Translations under genes and position numbers: made by a program | The notes under the pieces: generated by a model | Databases searched by the model: none | What the model saw: only the letters and a program-made list of their open reading frames with translations | Told to the model about the DNA's origin: nothing | Part shown: positions 40,501 to 60,689 of the stretch, one piece after another | Position numbering within the stretch: position 1 is the first letter of the stretch | How the letters are laid out: the number at the start of each line of letters is the position of its first letter | NCBI RefSeq assembly: GCF_009914755.1 | Contig: NC_060947.1 | Direction: 5' to 3' (one strand) | Source of the DNA: the human T2T-CHM13v2.0 reference genome, Homo sapiens | DNA length: 64,000 nt

Positions 40501-41389
40501 TTCTACCTGTCTCACAGTGTAGGCTGCAGCCCAATGCTTCTTTCAAAGGGTCTGTGGTTTCTTTCAGTTTTCCTGTTAAGTTCCTGTGTTGTTTCTTGAA
40601 AACAAAGTTAACCATGTGAATCTCTACACAGTATTTTTTTCCAAGAGGTAGAAGCATGCTAATAATGCCTCCAATCCTCCATCTTTGAAAAAATAATGGC
40701 TACTATTAAAAAGTCAAAAAGCAACAAATACTGGCAAGGCTGCATAGACAGGAAACACCTATACATTGTGGATCGCTTGGTGGGAATATAAATTAGTTCA
40801 ACTTATGTGGAAAGCAGTCTGGAGATTTATCAAAGAACCTAAAACAGAGCTACCATTAAACCCAGTAATCCCATTGGTGATTATGTACCTAGAGGAAAAT
40901 AAATTATTCTATGAAAAGACATATGCAGTTATATTATGATCATTGCTGTGCTATTCATGTAATCAACCCAGGTCCCATCAGCTCTAGATTGGATAAAGAA
41001 AATGTGATATGTATACAGCATGGAATACTACACAGCCATGAAAATGAATGAAATTGTCTTTTGCAGCAACATGGGTACAGTTGGGGGCCATAATCCTAAA
41101 CAAATTAATGTAGGAACAGAAAACCAAATACCACATGCTCTCACTTATAAGTGGGAACCAAACGTTGAACACACATAAACATAAGTAGGAGAACGATAGA
41201 CACTGTGGACTCCTAGTTTGGGGGAGGAAGGAAGAGGAGCATAGATTGAAAAACTACCCATCTGGTACTGTGCTCACTACCTGGGTGGCGGGATCCATAT
41301 GCCAAACCTCAGCATCACACAATATCCTCATGTAACAAACGTGCACACGTACCCCCTGTATCTAAAACAAAAGTTGAAATTTAAAAGAT

Positions 41390-41830
41390 TGCAGAGACAT
41401 GGAATCAACACAAGTGTCCATCAATGGTGGGTTGGAAAAAAAAAAATGTGGCACATATACACTATGGAATACTATGCAGCCATAAGGAAGAATGAAACCA
41501 TGTCTTTTTGCAGCAATATGGATGCAAGTGAATTATTCTGAGCAAATTAATGCAGAAACACAAAACAAGATACCACATGTTCTCACTTTAAGTGGGAGTT
41601 AAACATTGGGTACCTGTGAACATAAGGCAACAATAGACACTGTGACTAACAGAAGAGGGAGGTAGGAAGGGAGGCAGGAGTTGAAAAACTAGCTCTTGGC
41701 TACTATTATCAGTACCTGGTTGACAGAATCAGTTGTACCCCAAACTTCGACATCATGCAACATACCCATGTAATGAACATGTACATATACCCCCAAATAT
41801 AAAATAAAAGGTAAAATTATATTTAAAAAA
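41390..41830 (+). mobile_element. Second L1PA16/PB-like 3'-end fragment in tandem with the preceding L1 end
   Basis: Repeats the 'atgtggcacatatacactatggaatactatgcagccataa...' 3' UTR; A-rich end. Confidence 0.8.
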
Positions 41831-42105
41831 TCAATGCGATTTGCAATCCATGATTGAATCCTAGATCAAAACAAGGTCATATATAAAAGACATTTAGGGA
41901 ACAATTAGGGTTTTTTAATATAAGATGAATATTAAATATAGGAGATTGTTAATTTTATTAGGATCAATTATGATACTTTGGTTGTATGGGAGAATGATGT
42001 CATTCTTAGGAATTGAATGTTGTTGTACTCAGTGCTAAAATGTGATGATGTCTATAACTTATTTTCAAAATATTCTGAAGATGACAACAAATCAAAACAA
42101 TAACA

Positions 42106-42432
<327 letters not shown>

Positions 42433-42809
42433 TTAAACGATTCCTCTCTCTCTGCCTCCATACACACTTACATACACACATATGCATACATACATTTATA
42501 CATGAAGCAAATCTAACAAAATTTTTTAATCTATATCACTGATATTCAGATGGTTATTATATTATTTTTCAACCTTTCTATATGTTTGAATATTTTCATA
42601 ATAAAAAGTTGAAAAAAAACTAACCTCAAACATCAAACCAGTAGTGGAATGGACAAACATATAGTATTAATGTGGCAACTGTTATTGCAGTTGAACACTT
42701 AACAATGGGTTGAAAGAACTCTCATTATTTCATACTACAAATATTCACTACTGTGTAGTAGAAACTGTGCCACATACAACAGTGAACTGGGTAGATGGGT
42801 TCCTGTCTT

Positions 42810-44640
42810 TTTTGTAACAGTATTATTGAGATATAATTCATATGCAAAGAACTGCACATATTTAATGTGTCCAATTTGATGAGTTTCCTTGGGCTCCTTT
42901 TATTTGGTGTGGTAAGAACACTGAACAAAATGCATACCTTATTAGTAAAGTTTGAAGTTCAAAATACCATATTGTTAACTATAGGCACTATTACCCATTG
43001 AGCAACAATGCTTCATTTTCCATACCCCCTAGTACCTGGCAAACACTATTATATTCTCTGCTGCTATGAGTATGACTATGTTAGATACATCATATAAGTG
43101 GAATTATATAGTATTTATCCTTCTGTTACTGGCTTATGTCACTTAGCATAATGTCTCCGAGGTTTATGCATGTTGTTGCAAGTGCTAGGAATTTCTTCTT
43201 CTTAAAAAGCAAATAGTATTCCATTGTATGTATATATCAAATTTTCTTTATTCATACATCTGTCAATGGACATTTGGGTTGTTTCCACATCTTGGCTATT
43301 ATGAATAGTGCTTCAATAAACATTGGAGTGCAGATACCACTTTAACATCCTAATTCCAATAATTTTGGGTGTATACCCAGAAGTGAAATTGTTGGATCAG
43401 GTGACAGTTATATTTTTAATTTTTTGAGGCATTTCAACACTGTTTTCCATAATGGCTGCACCATTTAACATTCCCATCATCGGTGTACAAAAATTCCAAT
43501 TTCTCTGCAATCTTTTTTTTTAATACTCATCATAACAAGTGGGAGGTTATATCTTATTGAAGTTTTGAATTGCATTTTTCTGAATATTAAATATGTTGAG
43601 CATCTTTTACCTGTTACTATTTGTATATCTTCTTTGGAGAAATATCTAAGCCCTTTGCTCATTTTTAATAGGATTGTTAGTATTATTTTCTGTTAAGTTG
43701 TAGGACATCTTCATACAGTTCGGAAATAAATCGCTTTTCAAATATATGTGTTACAAATATTTTCTTTGTTTCTGTAGGTTGTATTTTTATTCTGTTGTTT
43801 CCTTTGCTGTCCAGAGCTTTTTAGTTTGACACATTTTCACTTCTTTTTTTTATCTTCAATGTTCAGGGGTGTATGTGGAGACTGTGCAGGTTTGTTACAT
43901 AGGTAATCATGTGTCATGGGGGTTTGTTGTAGAGATTATTTCACCACCCAGGTGTTAAGTCTAGTATCCATTAGTTATTTTTCTGGATCCTCTGCCTCCT
44001 TCCACCTTCCACCCTCCCATAGGCCCCAGTGTGTGGTGTTCCCCTCTATGTGTCCGTGTGTTCTCATCATTTAGCTCCCACTTGTAAGTGAGAACATGGG
44101 GTATTTGGATTTCTGTTCCTGCATTAGTTTGCCAAGGATAATGGCCTCCAGCTCCATCCATGTCCCCCCCAAAACATGATCTCATTCTTTTTTATAGCTG
44201 CATAGTATTCCATGGTGTATATGTACCATATTTCCTTTATCCAATATGTCATCGATGGGCATTTAGGTTAATTCCATGTCTTTGCTATTGTGAATCATGC
44301 TGCAATGCACATACACGTGCATGTGTCTTCATAATAGAATGATTTATAATCCTTTATATTTTCACTTATTTTTGCTTTTGTTGCCTATGCTTTTGGTGTT
44401 ATAGCCAAGAAACCATTGCCAATATCAGTGCCGAGGCTTTCTTCTATGTTTCCTTTTTGGAGTTTTAAAGTTTCTGTTAGAAACTTTGAAATAAGTAAAA
44501 AACCTTTATCTATGTTGAGTTGATTTTTGTTTATGGTGTAAAGTAGGGGTCCAGTTTCATTCTTTTGTTCATACCTATCCAATTTTCCCAACAACATTTG
44601 TTAAAGAGCCAGTTGTTTCACCTTTGTGCCTCCTTGACAC
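42810..44640 (-). mobile_element. L1MA/L1MB 3' fragment, interrupted at 43843-44357
   Basis: Antisense 3' UTR 'ttattgagatataattcatatgc...gtggtaagaacact', then ORF2 C-terminal similarity. Confidence 0.8.
43843..44357 (-). mobile_element. L1PA10-13-like 3'-end fragment
   Basis: Poly-T and 3' UTR motifs; TSD attttcactt at 43833-43842 and 44358-44367. Confidence 0.88.
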
Positions 44641-44829
44641 ATTTTCCTTTTTAACATTTATTTTAGATTCGGTGGGTACATGTGCAGGTTTGTTACATGG
44701 GTAACTTGCATGTCACTGGGGTTTGGTGTACAGATTATTTCTTTGATAATGAGCACAGTACTTGTTAGTTTTTTATGCTTACTTCCTCCCACCCTCCACC
44801 CTAAAGTAGGTCCCAGTGTTTATTGTTAG

Positions 44830-45127
<298 letters not shown>

Positions 45128-45624
45128 TATTGTTAGCTTTTTAGTGTCCATTTGTATGCAATGTTTAGTTGAGAACATGTGGTATCTAGTTTTATGCCAC
45201 TGCATTAATTTCTTTAGGATAATGTCCTCCAGCTTCATCCATGTTGCTGCAAAGAACATGATTTCATTTCTCATGGCTGTGTAGTATTTCATGGTGTATA
45301 TGTACCACATTTTCTTTATCTAGTCTATTATTGATGGGCATCTATGCTATGATGATACCTTGTCTTTGCTATCATGAATAGTGCTGTGATAAACATACAC
45401 ATGCATATACCACTATGGTAAAATAAGTTATGTTCTTGTGGGTGTATATTTAGTAATGACATTGCTGGGTCAAGTGTTAGTTCTGTGTTAAGTTTTTTGA
45501 GAAATCTCCAAACTGCTTTCACAGTGGTTGAACTAACTTACATTCTCACAAGCAATGTATAAGTATTCCCTTTTCTCTGCAATCTCATCAGCATCTGTTA
45601 TTTTTTGACTTTTTAATAATAGTC

Positions 45625-45916
<292 letters not shown>

Positions 45917-47500
45917 AATCAATAATAGTCATTCTGACTGCCATGAGATTGCATATCATTGTGGTTTTAACTTGCATTTCTCTAATGATTAGTGATGCTG
46001 AGCATGTTTTCATATGCTTGTTGGCTGCTTGTATTTCTTCTTTCAGAAGTGTCTGTTCATGTCCTTTGCCCATTTTTTTCATGAGGCTGTTTGGTTTTTT
46101 GCTTGTTAATTTAAGTTCTCTAGGGTATTGGAACATTTTCAGATGCATAGTTTGCAAAAATTTTCTCCCATTCTGTAGGTTGTCTGTTTACTCTGTGGAT
46201 AGTTTCTTCTTTTGCTTTGCACAAGCTCTTTGGTTTAATTAGGTCCCACTTGTCAGGTTTCCTTTTTGTTTCATTTGCTTTTGGAGCATTCATCATGAAA
46301 TCTTTGCCAGGGCCTATGTCCAGAATGATATTTCCTAAGTTTTCTTTTAGGGTTTTTATAGTTTTTGGTTTGGTATTTAAGTCTTTAATCCATCTTGAGT
46401 TGTTTTTGTATATGGTGAAAGAAAGGGGTCCAATTTCAATCTTATGCATCTGACTGGCCTGTTATTCCAGCACCATTTATTGAAAAGGGAGTCATTTTTG
46501 TATTGCTTGTTATTGTAAATTTTGTAAAAGATAAGATGGATGAAGGTGTGGGGCTTTATTTCTGGATACCCTAACCTGTCCCATTGGCCTGTGTATCTGT
46601 TTTTGTATCAGTACCATCCTGTTTAGGTTGCTGTAGTTCTTTTTAATATCATAACTAATTTATTATAAATTATAAATTAAATTATTATCCCATTGATTTG
46701 TGACCTGCAAGATTTCTTGACTGTTTTTGGAGGCTTCAGATTCTTGGCTGGATTTTAGAGCTCCCACAAAGTTACTTTCATGAGTCTGTTTTGGTTTACT
46801 TGATGTTTCTAGAGGGTAGCAAGGGCCTGGGGCTTTTTTAACATGCCATCTTACTTATGCCACTGGATACTAACTTTGCTCTTTATTTCCCCGAAACTGG
46901 AAAGAGCTCAAATGTTTTTCAATAGATGAATGTCAAATAAACTGTGTTACATAATATTATAGGACACTATTCCACAAAAAAAGAAAAAGAATGAACAATT
47001 ACAACAACTTGGTCTCCATTGAGTTATGGTGAGTGAAAAAAAAAGCCAATCCTCAAAATTTACATAGTTTATAATTCCATTTATTGATAGTGGGAAAATT
47101 AGGTGTAGTTATTAAAAGCAACAGAAATGATCCTTTTGGTTATTGATCTACTTTATATTTTGAGTCTGGTGCTCAACTACACGAGATAAAATTGCACAGA
47201 ACAAAATATGCACATACATGATAACACACACAAATTGGCACATGCAAAATTGGTGAAAACTGAAAAAGATTGCTGAGTTGTATTACACTACGGTTCTGCA
47301 AGATTTAACCGGTGGAGAAAATTAGGTAAATAGCACATAAAGTTTTTTGTATTATTTTTCACAACTGCAAATAAAATTACCTCAAAATAAAGACTTCATT
47401 CAGTTATCTGCACAAATGTCACTTGTTCGTGTTAGCCTACATCAGTTTTCAGTGCATTACCCTGCTTTGTTTTGCTTCAAGCATTTACCACTATCTGACA

Positions 47501-47610
47501 TTGTATTGTATTGTATTGTATTGTATTGTATTGTATTGTATTGTATTGTATTGTATTGTATTGTATTGTATTGTATTGTATTGTATCCTATTGTATCCTA
47601 TTGTATTGTA
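47501..47610. repeat. (TTGTA)n pentanucleotide microsatellite within an L2 remnant (~47400-47790)
   Basis: About 17 perfect ttgta units, then degenerate units. Confidence 0.96.
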
Positions 47611-48385
47611 TGGTATCTGACATTCGTTTGTCTGTTTACACATTTAGAATGCATTAATTCTTTGAGATAAGGTACAGTCTTTTTGTTTTTGTTTTTGTTT
47701 TCCAATTTACTACTCTTATCAGTGCCTAAAATGGTGCCTTCTAATAGTAAGTACAAGGTAAGTATTTGTTAAATTATGTAAAGAATTAATTAATTGAAGT
47801 TAGCATAAAATTGACCCTTAAGTATTACTTTAATTCTATCATTTAATAGTGAAAAAACTGAGGTTCAGAGAATTTAGGGATTTCAGCATAGTTTCCAGCC
47901 ATACAATTAAAAAAAAATCCAGACTAAAACCAAGTTATACTGACAGCTGACTCATTTATTTTGTGACATCATCAGAATTGCCTTTGTGTGCGGCAGTGGG
48001 CGTGGTGAGAAAAGACTTGCACTAAACAAAATGTTTACACTGTAATTATCCATATAGATTGGAATAATAATGGAAATCTCTAAAACCAAAATTCTTACTA
48101 TTCCCATAGCCCTCCTGTTACTATACAGAAATAATTTCCTGACTGTGATTTAAAAATCTGAATACATTAGGACTCATAATGCAATGGTGGTTAAATTCTG
48201 ATATATTCAGTGTTAGTGACTTGTAAATATTAGACAGTTATAGAGCATTTGAGGTATTCATTTGAGATAAAAGAATATAAATACTGTATTTTGATTAAGT
48301 TCTTTTTGTAATTTCTCCTTCCAGGAGAAGCCAAGCCTTTTGTTTTGTTTACCTGTTTAGACAGTGAAAACAGGATTTACTGTTG

Positions 48386-48764
<379 letters not shown>

Positions 48765-49162
48765 TTAAATGTTCAAAAGTAAGCTCTTATTATTTAAAAA
48801 ACTGAAAATATCTTAATTTCAAAACCGATATGTGTCTTAAGCTCAGAATATTCTTATATGTCCACTAATTAATTAACTCATTTCTTGAACACTTCCCAAG
48901 TAACCAACACTATTCCAAGTGCTAGATAGAAAGATGAATAGAATTTCATTTCTGCTTTCAAAAAGATGGCAGTTTATTGGGGTACTTAATAAATACATAG
49001 TGAGTAAATGTATAAATAAATGATCTGATATATTATATGTAAACTTTATATCTATGACATAAATTATAATCCTTATTTTTCTTTATTTTTGAAGGAGCTT
49101 AATGGTTCAATTAGAGTATATGATTAATCGAAACCTTGTCTCTAGAAACCACTTTGCCTTGG

Positions 49163-49437
49163 TTTTTTTATTTGTTAATTTATTTTAAGTTCTGGGATAC
49201 ATGTGCAGGATGTGCAGGTTTGGTACATAGGAAAGAGTTTGCCATGGTTGTCTACTGCAGCTATCAACCCATCACCTAGGTATTAAGCCCATCACGCATT
49301 ACCTATTTTTCCTGATGCTTTTCCTCCTCCTGGTCCCCCAGACAGGCCCCAGTGTGTGTCGTTCCCCTCCCTGTGTTCGTGTGTTCTCATCATTCAGCTC
49401 CTACTTATAAGTGAGAACATGCGGTGTTTGGTTTTCC
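49163..49437 (-). mobile_element. L1PA8-like 3'-end fragment cut off by the younger L1
   Basis: 'ttttaagttctgggatacatgtgcaggatgtgcaggtt...atcaacccatcacctaggtattaagccc', ending at 'gtttggttttcc'. Confidence 0.87.
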
Positions 49438-53264
<3,827 letters not shown>

Positions 53265-54785
53265 ATAGACAAGAAACAATCAAGATCAGAGTGGAACTGA
53301 AAAAGACAGAAACATGAAAAATGCTTCGAAACATCAATGAATCCAGGAGCTGGGTTTTTGAAAAAATTAATATAATAGATAGACTGGTAGCTTGACTGAT
53401 AAAGAAGAAAAGAGAGAAGAATCAAATAGACACAATACAGACGCCACAGAAATACAAACAACCATGAGAGAATATTATAAATACCTCTATGAAAATAAAC
53501 TAGGAAATCTAGAAAAATGATTAAACTCCTGGACACACACACCCTCCCAAGACTGAACCAGGAAAAAGTTGAATCCTTGAATAGATCAATAGCAAGTCCT
53601 GAAATTGAGGCAGTAATAAATAGCCTACAAAAAAAAAAAAAAAAAAAAAAGCCCAGGACCAGATTGATTTACAGCTGAATTCTACAAGAGGTACAAAAAG
53701 GATCTGGTACCATTCCTTCTAAAACTATTCCAAACCATTGAAAAGGAGGTACTTCTTCCTGACTCATTTTATGAGGCCAAAATCATCCTAATACCAAAAC
53801 CTGGCAGAGATACAACAGAAAAAGAAAACTTCAGGTCAATATCCCTGATGAATATCATTGCAAATATCCTTAATAAAATACTGGCAAACTGAATCCAGCA
53901 GCACATTAAAAAGTTTATCCATTATGATCAAGTGAGCTTCACTCCTGGAATGCGAGGCTGGTTCAACATACACAAATCAATAATTTATCACATAAAGAGA
54001 ACTAAAGAGAAAAACCACATGATTATCCCAATAGACACAGAAAACGTCTTCAATAAAATTCAACACCCCTTAATGTTAAAAACTCTCAAAAAACTAGGCA
54101 CTGATGGGACATACCTCAAAATAATAAGAGTCATTTATGACAAACCCATAGTCAATATCATACTGAATGAACAAAAGCTGGACATATTCCCTTTGAAAAT
54201 TGGCAGAAGATAAGGATGCCCTCTCTCACCACTCCTATTCAATATAGTATTGAAAGTTCTGGCCATGGCAATCAGACAAGAGGAAAATATAAAGGATATT
54301 CAAATAGGAAGAGAGGAAGTCAAACTGTCTCTGTTTGCAAATGACATAATTCTATGTCTAGAAAACCCCATTGCATCTCAGCCCCAAAGCTCCTTAAGCT
54401 GATAAGCAACTTCAGCAAAGTATCAAGATATAAAATCAATGTGCAAAAATCACAAGCCTTCTTATACACCAACAATAGACAAGCAGAGAGCCAAATCATG
54501 AATGAACTCCCATGAATAATTGCTACAAAAAGCATAAAGTACCTCAAAATACAGTTAACAAGGGAAGTGAAAGAGCTCTTCAAGGAGAACTACAAACCAC
54601 TGTTCAAGTAAATAAGAGGACACAAACAAAAGACAAAACATTCCATGCTCATGGATAGGAAGAATCAATATTGCAAAAATGGCTATACTACCCAAAGTAA
54701 TTTACAGATTCAATGCTATTCCCATTAAACTGCCACTGACATTCTTCACAGAATTAGACAAAACTACTTTAAAATTCATATGGAA

Positions 54786-55089
<304 letters not shown>

Positions 55090-56343
55090 CTAAGCAAAAA
55101 GAACAAAGCTGGAGGCATTGTGCTACCTGATGACAAACTATACTACAAGGCTATAGTAACCAAAACAGCATGGTAATTACACAAAAACAGACACATAGAC
55201 CAATGGAACAGAATAGAGATCTCAGAAATACGACCACACATCTACAAGCATTTGATCTTTGACAAACCTGACAAAAAGAAGCAATGGGGAATGGATTCCC
55301 TATTTAATAAATGTTGCTGGGAAAACTGGCTAGCCATATGCAGAAAATTGAAACAGGACCCCTTTTTTACACCTTATACAAAAATTAACTCAAGATGGAT
55401 TAAAGACTTAAATGTAAGTCTCAAAACTATGAAAATCCTAGAAGAAAATCTAGGTAATCCCATTCAGGACTTAGGCACAGGCAAAGATTTTATGACAAAA
55501 ATGTGAAAAGCAATTTTAACTAAAGCAAAAATTGACAAATGAGATTTAATTAAAAGAAGGAGCTTCTGTACAGCAAAAGAAACTATCAACAGAGTGAACA
55601 GACAATATACAGAATGGAAGAAAATTTCTCCAATCTATCCATCTGACAAAGGTCTAATAGCCAGAATCTACATGGAACTTAAACAAATTTACTACAACAA
55701 CAACAACAACAAAAACACACATTAAAACATGGGCAAAGGACATGAACAGACACTTTTCAAAAGAAATTTATGTGGCCAACAAATACATGATAAAAAGGTC
55801 AACATCACTATTCATTAGAGAAATGCAAATCAAAACCACAATGAGATACCACCTCACACCAGTCAGAATGGTGATTATCAAAAGGTCAAGAATCAACAGA
55901 TGCTGGCAGGGCTGTGGAGAAATAGGAACACTTTTACACTGTTGGTGGGAATGTAAATTAGTTCAACCATTGTGGAAGACAGTATGGTGATTCCTCAAAG
56001 ACCTAGAACCATAAATACCATTTGACCCAGAAATTTCACTACTGGGTAAATACCCAAAAGAATATAAATCGTTTTATTATAAAGATGCATGCACGCATAT
56101 GTTCATTGCAGCAGTATTCACAATAGCAAAGACATGGAGTCAACCCAAATGCCCATCAATAATAGACTGGATAAAGAAAATGTGGTACATATACACCATG
56201 GAATACTATGCTGCCATACAAAGGAACTAGATCACATCCTTTGCAGAGACATGGATAAAATTGGAAGCCATTATCCTCAGCAAACTAATGCAGAACAGAA
56301 AACCAAACACCACATGTTCTCACTTCTACATGGGAGCTGAACA

Positions 56344-56624
56344 GCCAGGCGCAGTGGCTCACGCCTGTAATCCCAGCACTTGGGAGGCTGAGGCGGGTGG
56401 ATCATGAGGTCAGGAGATTGAGACCATCTTGGCTAACACCGTGAAAGCTTGTCTCTACTAAAAATACAAAAAATTAGCCGGGCGTGGTAGCGGGCACCTG
56501 TAGTCCCAGCTACTCAGGAGACTGAGGCATGAGAATGGCGTAAACCCAGAAGGCAGAGTTTGCAGTGAGCCGAGATTGTGCCACTGCACTCCAGCCTGGG
56601 CAAGAGAGCGAGACTCTGTCTTAA

Positions 56625-56672
<48 letters not shown>
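56344..56672 (+). mobile_element. AluY-like SINE with (TAA)n tail
   Basis: TSD atgggagctgaaca at 56330-56343 and 56673-56686. Confidence 0.94.
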
Positions 56673-56674
<2 letters not shown>

Positions 56675-56904
56675 GGGAGCTGAACAATAAGAACACATAG
56701 ATACAGGGAGAGGAACAACACACACTGTGGCCTGTCAGGGGGATGGAGAGAGAGGATAAACAGCTAATGCATGCAGGGCTTAATACCTAGGTGATGGGTT
56801 GATAGGTGCAGCAAACCACCATGGCAAATGTCTACCTATGTAACAATCCTACATGACCTGCATGAGTATCCTGGAACCTAAAATTAAATTAAATTAAATT
56901 TTTA

Positions 56905-59900
56905 AAGACATGCTTCTGAGTGACCATTGGGTCAAGAAATAAACTAATAAAGACATGAAAAAAATATTGAAACAGATGAATGCAAATCTAAGTACAGCAT
57001 ATGAAAACTTATGGGATACAGCAAAAACAGTGCTAAGAGGGAATTTTACACCAAACATACTTACATTAAAATAAAATAGTGGGAGTGTTCAAATAAACAA
57101 TCTAGTGATGTACTTATGCAAACTAGAAAGCAAGAAAAAATAAATCCTAAAATTAGCAGAAGAAATAACAAAGATCAGAGCAGAATAAAACAAAATAGAG
57201 GCCCCTCAAAAAATGAAGATGCATCAATGAAACAAAAAATTGGTGTTTGAGGAGATAAACAAAGTAAGTACACTGTTAGCTAGAATAACCAAGGGAAAAA
57301 AAAGACAAGACCAAAATATATAAAATGAGAAACAAAAATGGAGACATTGCAACTGATACCACTGAAATACAAATGAACGTCAGAGATTATTATGAGCAAT
57401 TATACAATTAAAAATTAGAAAACTTAAAAGAAATAGATGAATTCCCGAAAACATACACCTACCAAGACTGGATCAGAAAGAAAAAGAAAACCTGAACAAA
57501 CAAATAAAGAGTAATAATATTGACTCAGTAATAAAAAGTCTCCCAACAAAGAGAATCCCAGGACTGGATGGGTTCACCGCAGAATTCTACCAAACACACA
57601 GAAAAGAACTAATGCCAATTCTCCTCAAACCGTTTCAAAAAAATTAAGAGGGAATTCTCCACAACTCATTTTACAATTATCTTGATATAAAACCAGGCTA
57701 GGATGCAACAAAAAAAGAAAACTATAGGCAAATTTCCATGATGAACAAAGATGCAGAAATCGTCAACAAAATACTACCAAATCAAATCTAATAACATATC
57801 TAAAAGATAATACACCATGATCAAGTGGAATGTATTCCAGGGATGCAAGTATAGTTCAACATATGCAAATTCAATAAAAATGATACATCAAATCAATAGA
57901 ATGAAAGACAAAAATTATGTGATCATCTCAACAGATTTAGAAAAAGCATTTGAAATAATTCAACACTCCTTCATAACAAAAGCTCTCCACAAACTAGGCA
58001 TAGAAGGAACATATCTCAACATAATATAGGTTATATATAATAAAACCACAGCTAACAATATATTCAATGAGGAAAAGCTCAAAGACTTTCTTCTAAGAAC
58101 TAGAACAAGACAAGGATGCCCACTTTCACCACTCCTATTCAACATAGTACTGGAAGTCCTCGCCAGCACATTTAGGCAACAGATAGAAATAAAAGGCACA
58201 AATTGGAAATTGGGGAGTCAAATTGTTCCTGTTTCCAGAGGACATTATCATACATCTAAAAACCCTGAACGCTCTAACAACAACAAAAACAACAACAAAA
58301 ACTCTTAGATCTGATAAATAAATTTAATTAAGTAATAGAACATAAAGTCAATATAAAAAATCAGTAGTGTTTCTATACACCAATAATGAACTTGCTGAAA
58401 AAATCAGAAGTAAGTCCCATTTGCAATAACTACAAAAAATACTTATAAATATGTATAACCAAGCATGTGAAAGACCTCCCTAAGAAAAACTATAAAAACC
58501 TACTGAAAGAAGTTGAAGAGGTCAAAAACAAATGAAAAGATACCCCAAACTCATGGACTGGAAGAATTACCATCATTAAAGTCACCATGCTACCCAAAGA
58601 AATCCACAGATTAAATGTAATCCTTATAAAAATGCCAGTCATTTTTCAGAAAAATAGAAAAAGAAATTCTAGAATTTGTATGGAACCAAGACAAAGCCCA
58701 AATAGCCAAAGCAATTCTCAGCAAAAAGAACAAAGTTGTAGACATCACATTATCTGACAACAAAATATATTAATTACTAATCTATAGTAACCAAAACAGC
58801 ATCATACTGGCATAAAAACAGATATATTGATCAATGGAACAGAGTAGAGGGCCTAGATACAAATCTATGCATTTACAACCAACTTATTTTTGACAGAGGT
58901 GTCTCTCATTTAAAAAGGGGGAGTCTCTTGAATAAATGTTGCTTGCAGTACTGGATGGATATCCATATGCAGAAGAAAAGAATGAAACTTGATCCGTATA
59001 TCTCCCTACATAAAACATCAATTAAAAAATAAAAATATAAATATTAAGTCCTGAATCTATAAAACTAGTAGAAAAATACATTGGACAAATGCTTCAGGAC
59101 ATTGGTCTTGGCAAAGAGTTTTTGTCAAAAGAACAGTCAACTAGATTAAAAAAAATAGACACATGGGACTACATCAAGGTAAAAAACATTTTGTATAGCA
59201 AATGAAACAATTAAAGTGAAAAGACAACATACCAAATCAGAAAAAAATTTTGCAAACTTTCCATCTGACAAGGTATTAATAAGCAAAATCGATAAGAAAT
59301 TCAAACAACTCAGTTGGAAAAAATATATAATTTAATAAAAAATAGGTAAAATATCTAAATAATCATTTCTCTAAAGAAGACATACAAATGGCCAACAGGT
59401 ACATATAAAAATGTTCAACATCACTAATCACCAGGGAAATGCAAATCAAAACCACAATTATATACCATGTCACCCCAGTTAAAGTGGCTATCATTAAAAA
59501 GACAAAAAATAATGAATGCTGTCTAGCATAAAGAGAAAAGGGAACAGGTATACACTGTTGATGGAAATACAAATGAATACAGCCATTATGGCAAACAGTA
59601 TGGAGTTTCATCCGAAAACTTAAAATATACCTACCATATAACCTGCAATTCCACTATTGGGTATTCATCCAAAGGCAAGAAAATCAGTATATCAAAGGTA
59701 TACCTATACCCACATGTTTACTGAAGCTCTGTTCATAATAGCTAAGATATGGAATCAACCTAAATGTCTATCAACAGTTGAATGTATTTAGAAAATGTGC
59801 CTTATATGCACAATGGAATACTATTCAGCCATAAAAAGAATATAATTTAGGACACCATGGATGAGCTTGGAGGACATTATCTTACGTAAAATAGGTAAGG

Positions 59901-60320
59901 CAGAGAAAAAGAAATACCACATGTTCTTACACAAAGATAGGAGCTAAAAATTTTTTGAGCTAATTAAAGTAGAAAGTAAAATTGTAGATGTTAGAAGCTG
60001 AGAAGTATAGGTAGGAGGGAAGATGGAGAGAGGCAAGTTAACGATAAAAATTAATGCTACATAGGAGAAATGAGTTGTGGTGTTCCACAGCACTGTAGGA
60101 TAAACATGGTTAACTATAATTTATTGTATATTTTCAAAAAGCTGAAAAAGAGGATTTTGAATGTTTACAACACAGGAAAATGATAAACATTTGAGGTGAT
60201 GAATATGTTAATTACTCTGATTTGATCATTATATATTATATATGTATCAAAATATCACTTTTTCCATAAATATGTACAAATATTACATATAAACTAAAAA
60301 TGAATTTTTTAAAAAGAAGT
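56905..60320 (+). mobile_element. L1MA4/5-like LINE-1, ORF2 from just after the EN domain to the 3' end
   Basis: 'catgcttctgagtgaccattgggtcaa' onward. RT remnant 57817-58029 ([10 protein letters not shown]). L1MA-type 3' UTR to ~60310. Confidence 0.87.
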
Positions 60321-60650
60321 AAGAAGTGATCCCTTTTAGGAGGTGATTAGGTCATGAGGACTTCTTTCTCATGAATGAGATTAAGGCCTTTATAGAGCTG
60401 GTTTCACAAAATGTATGTCTTTTTTGCCCAACACTTTCATCATGTGAGAACACAGCATTCTTTCTCTCTGAAGGATGTGGCAATAAGGTGTCATGTTGGA
60501 GGTAGGGACTGGGCCCTTTCTGAAAACCAGACCTGTCAGTGCCCTGATTTTGGACTCTCAGCCTCCAGAAGTAAGAGAAATAAATTACTGTTCTTTATAA
60601 ATTACTCAGTTTGTGGTACTTTGTTATAGCAACACAAACGGAACAAGACA
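60321..60650 (+). mobile_element. MST-type MaLR LTR lacking its 5' part
   Basis: 'ggaggtgattaggtcatgagg...cagcctccagaagtaagagaaataaatt...tttgttatagcaacacaaacggaacaagaca'. Confidence 0.82.
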
Positions 60651-60689
60651 AGGAATAAACTACACAAATAAGAAAATAATTAACACGTT

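Larger units (their letters stand above)
30719..40694 (-). mobile_element. Full-length L1PB-type LINE-1 (L1PB2/3-like 3' end, long L1PBa-type 5' UTR), decayed
   Basis: 3' end at 30719. RT remnant 32838-33137(-) (KLSLFADGMIIYLENPK). ORF1 remnant (EIKYFSDKQMLREFVT). 5' end 'gcctccaatcctccatcttt'. 14-bp TSD with 12/14 match at 30705-30718 and 40695-40708. Confidence 0.9.

Noticed and set aside
40960-41830. Local tandem duplication of an L1 3' end
   Set aside because: The two copies differ widely and look like independent insertions of related subfamilies, the second landing in the A-rich tail of the first.
47347-47670. ORF with repeated CIVLY motif
   Set aside because: Translation of the (TTGTA)n microsatellite.
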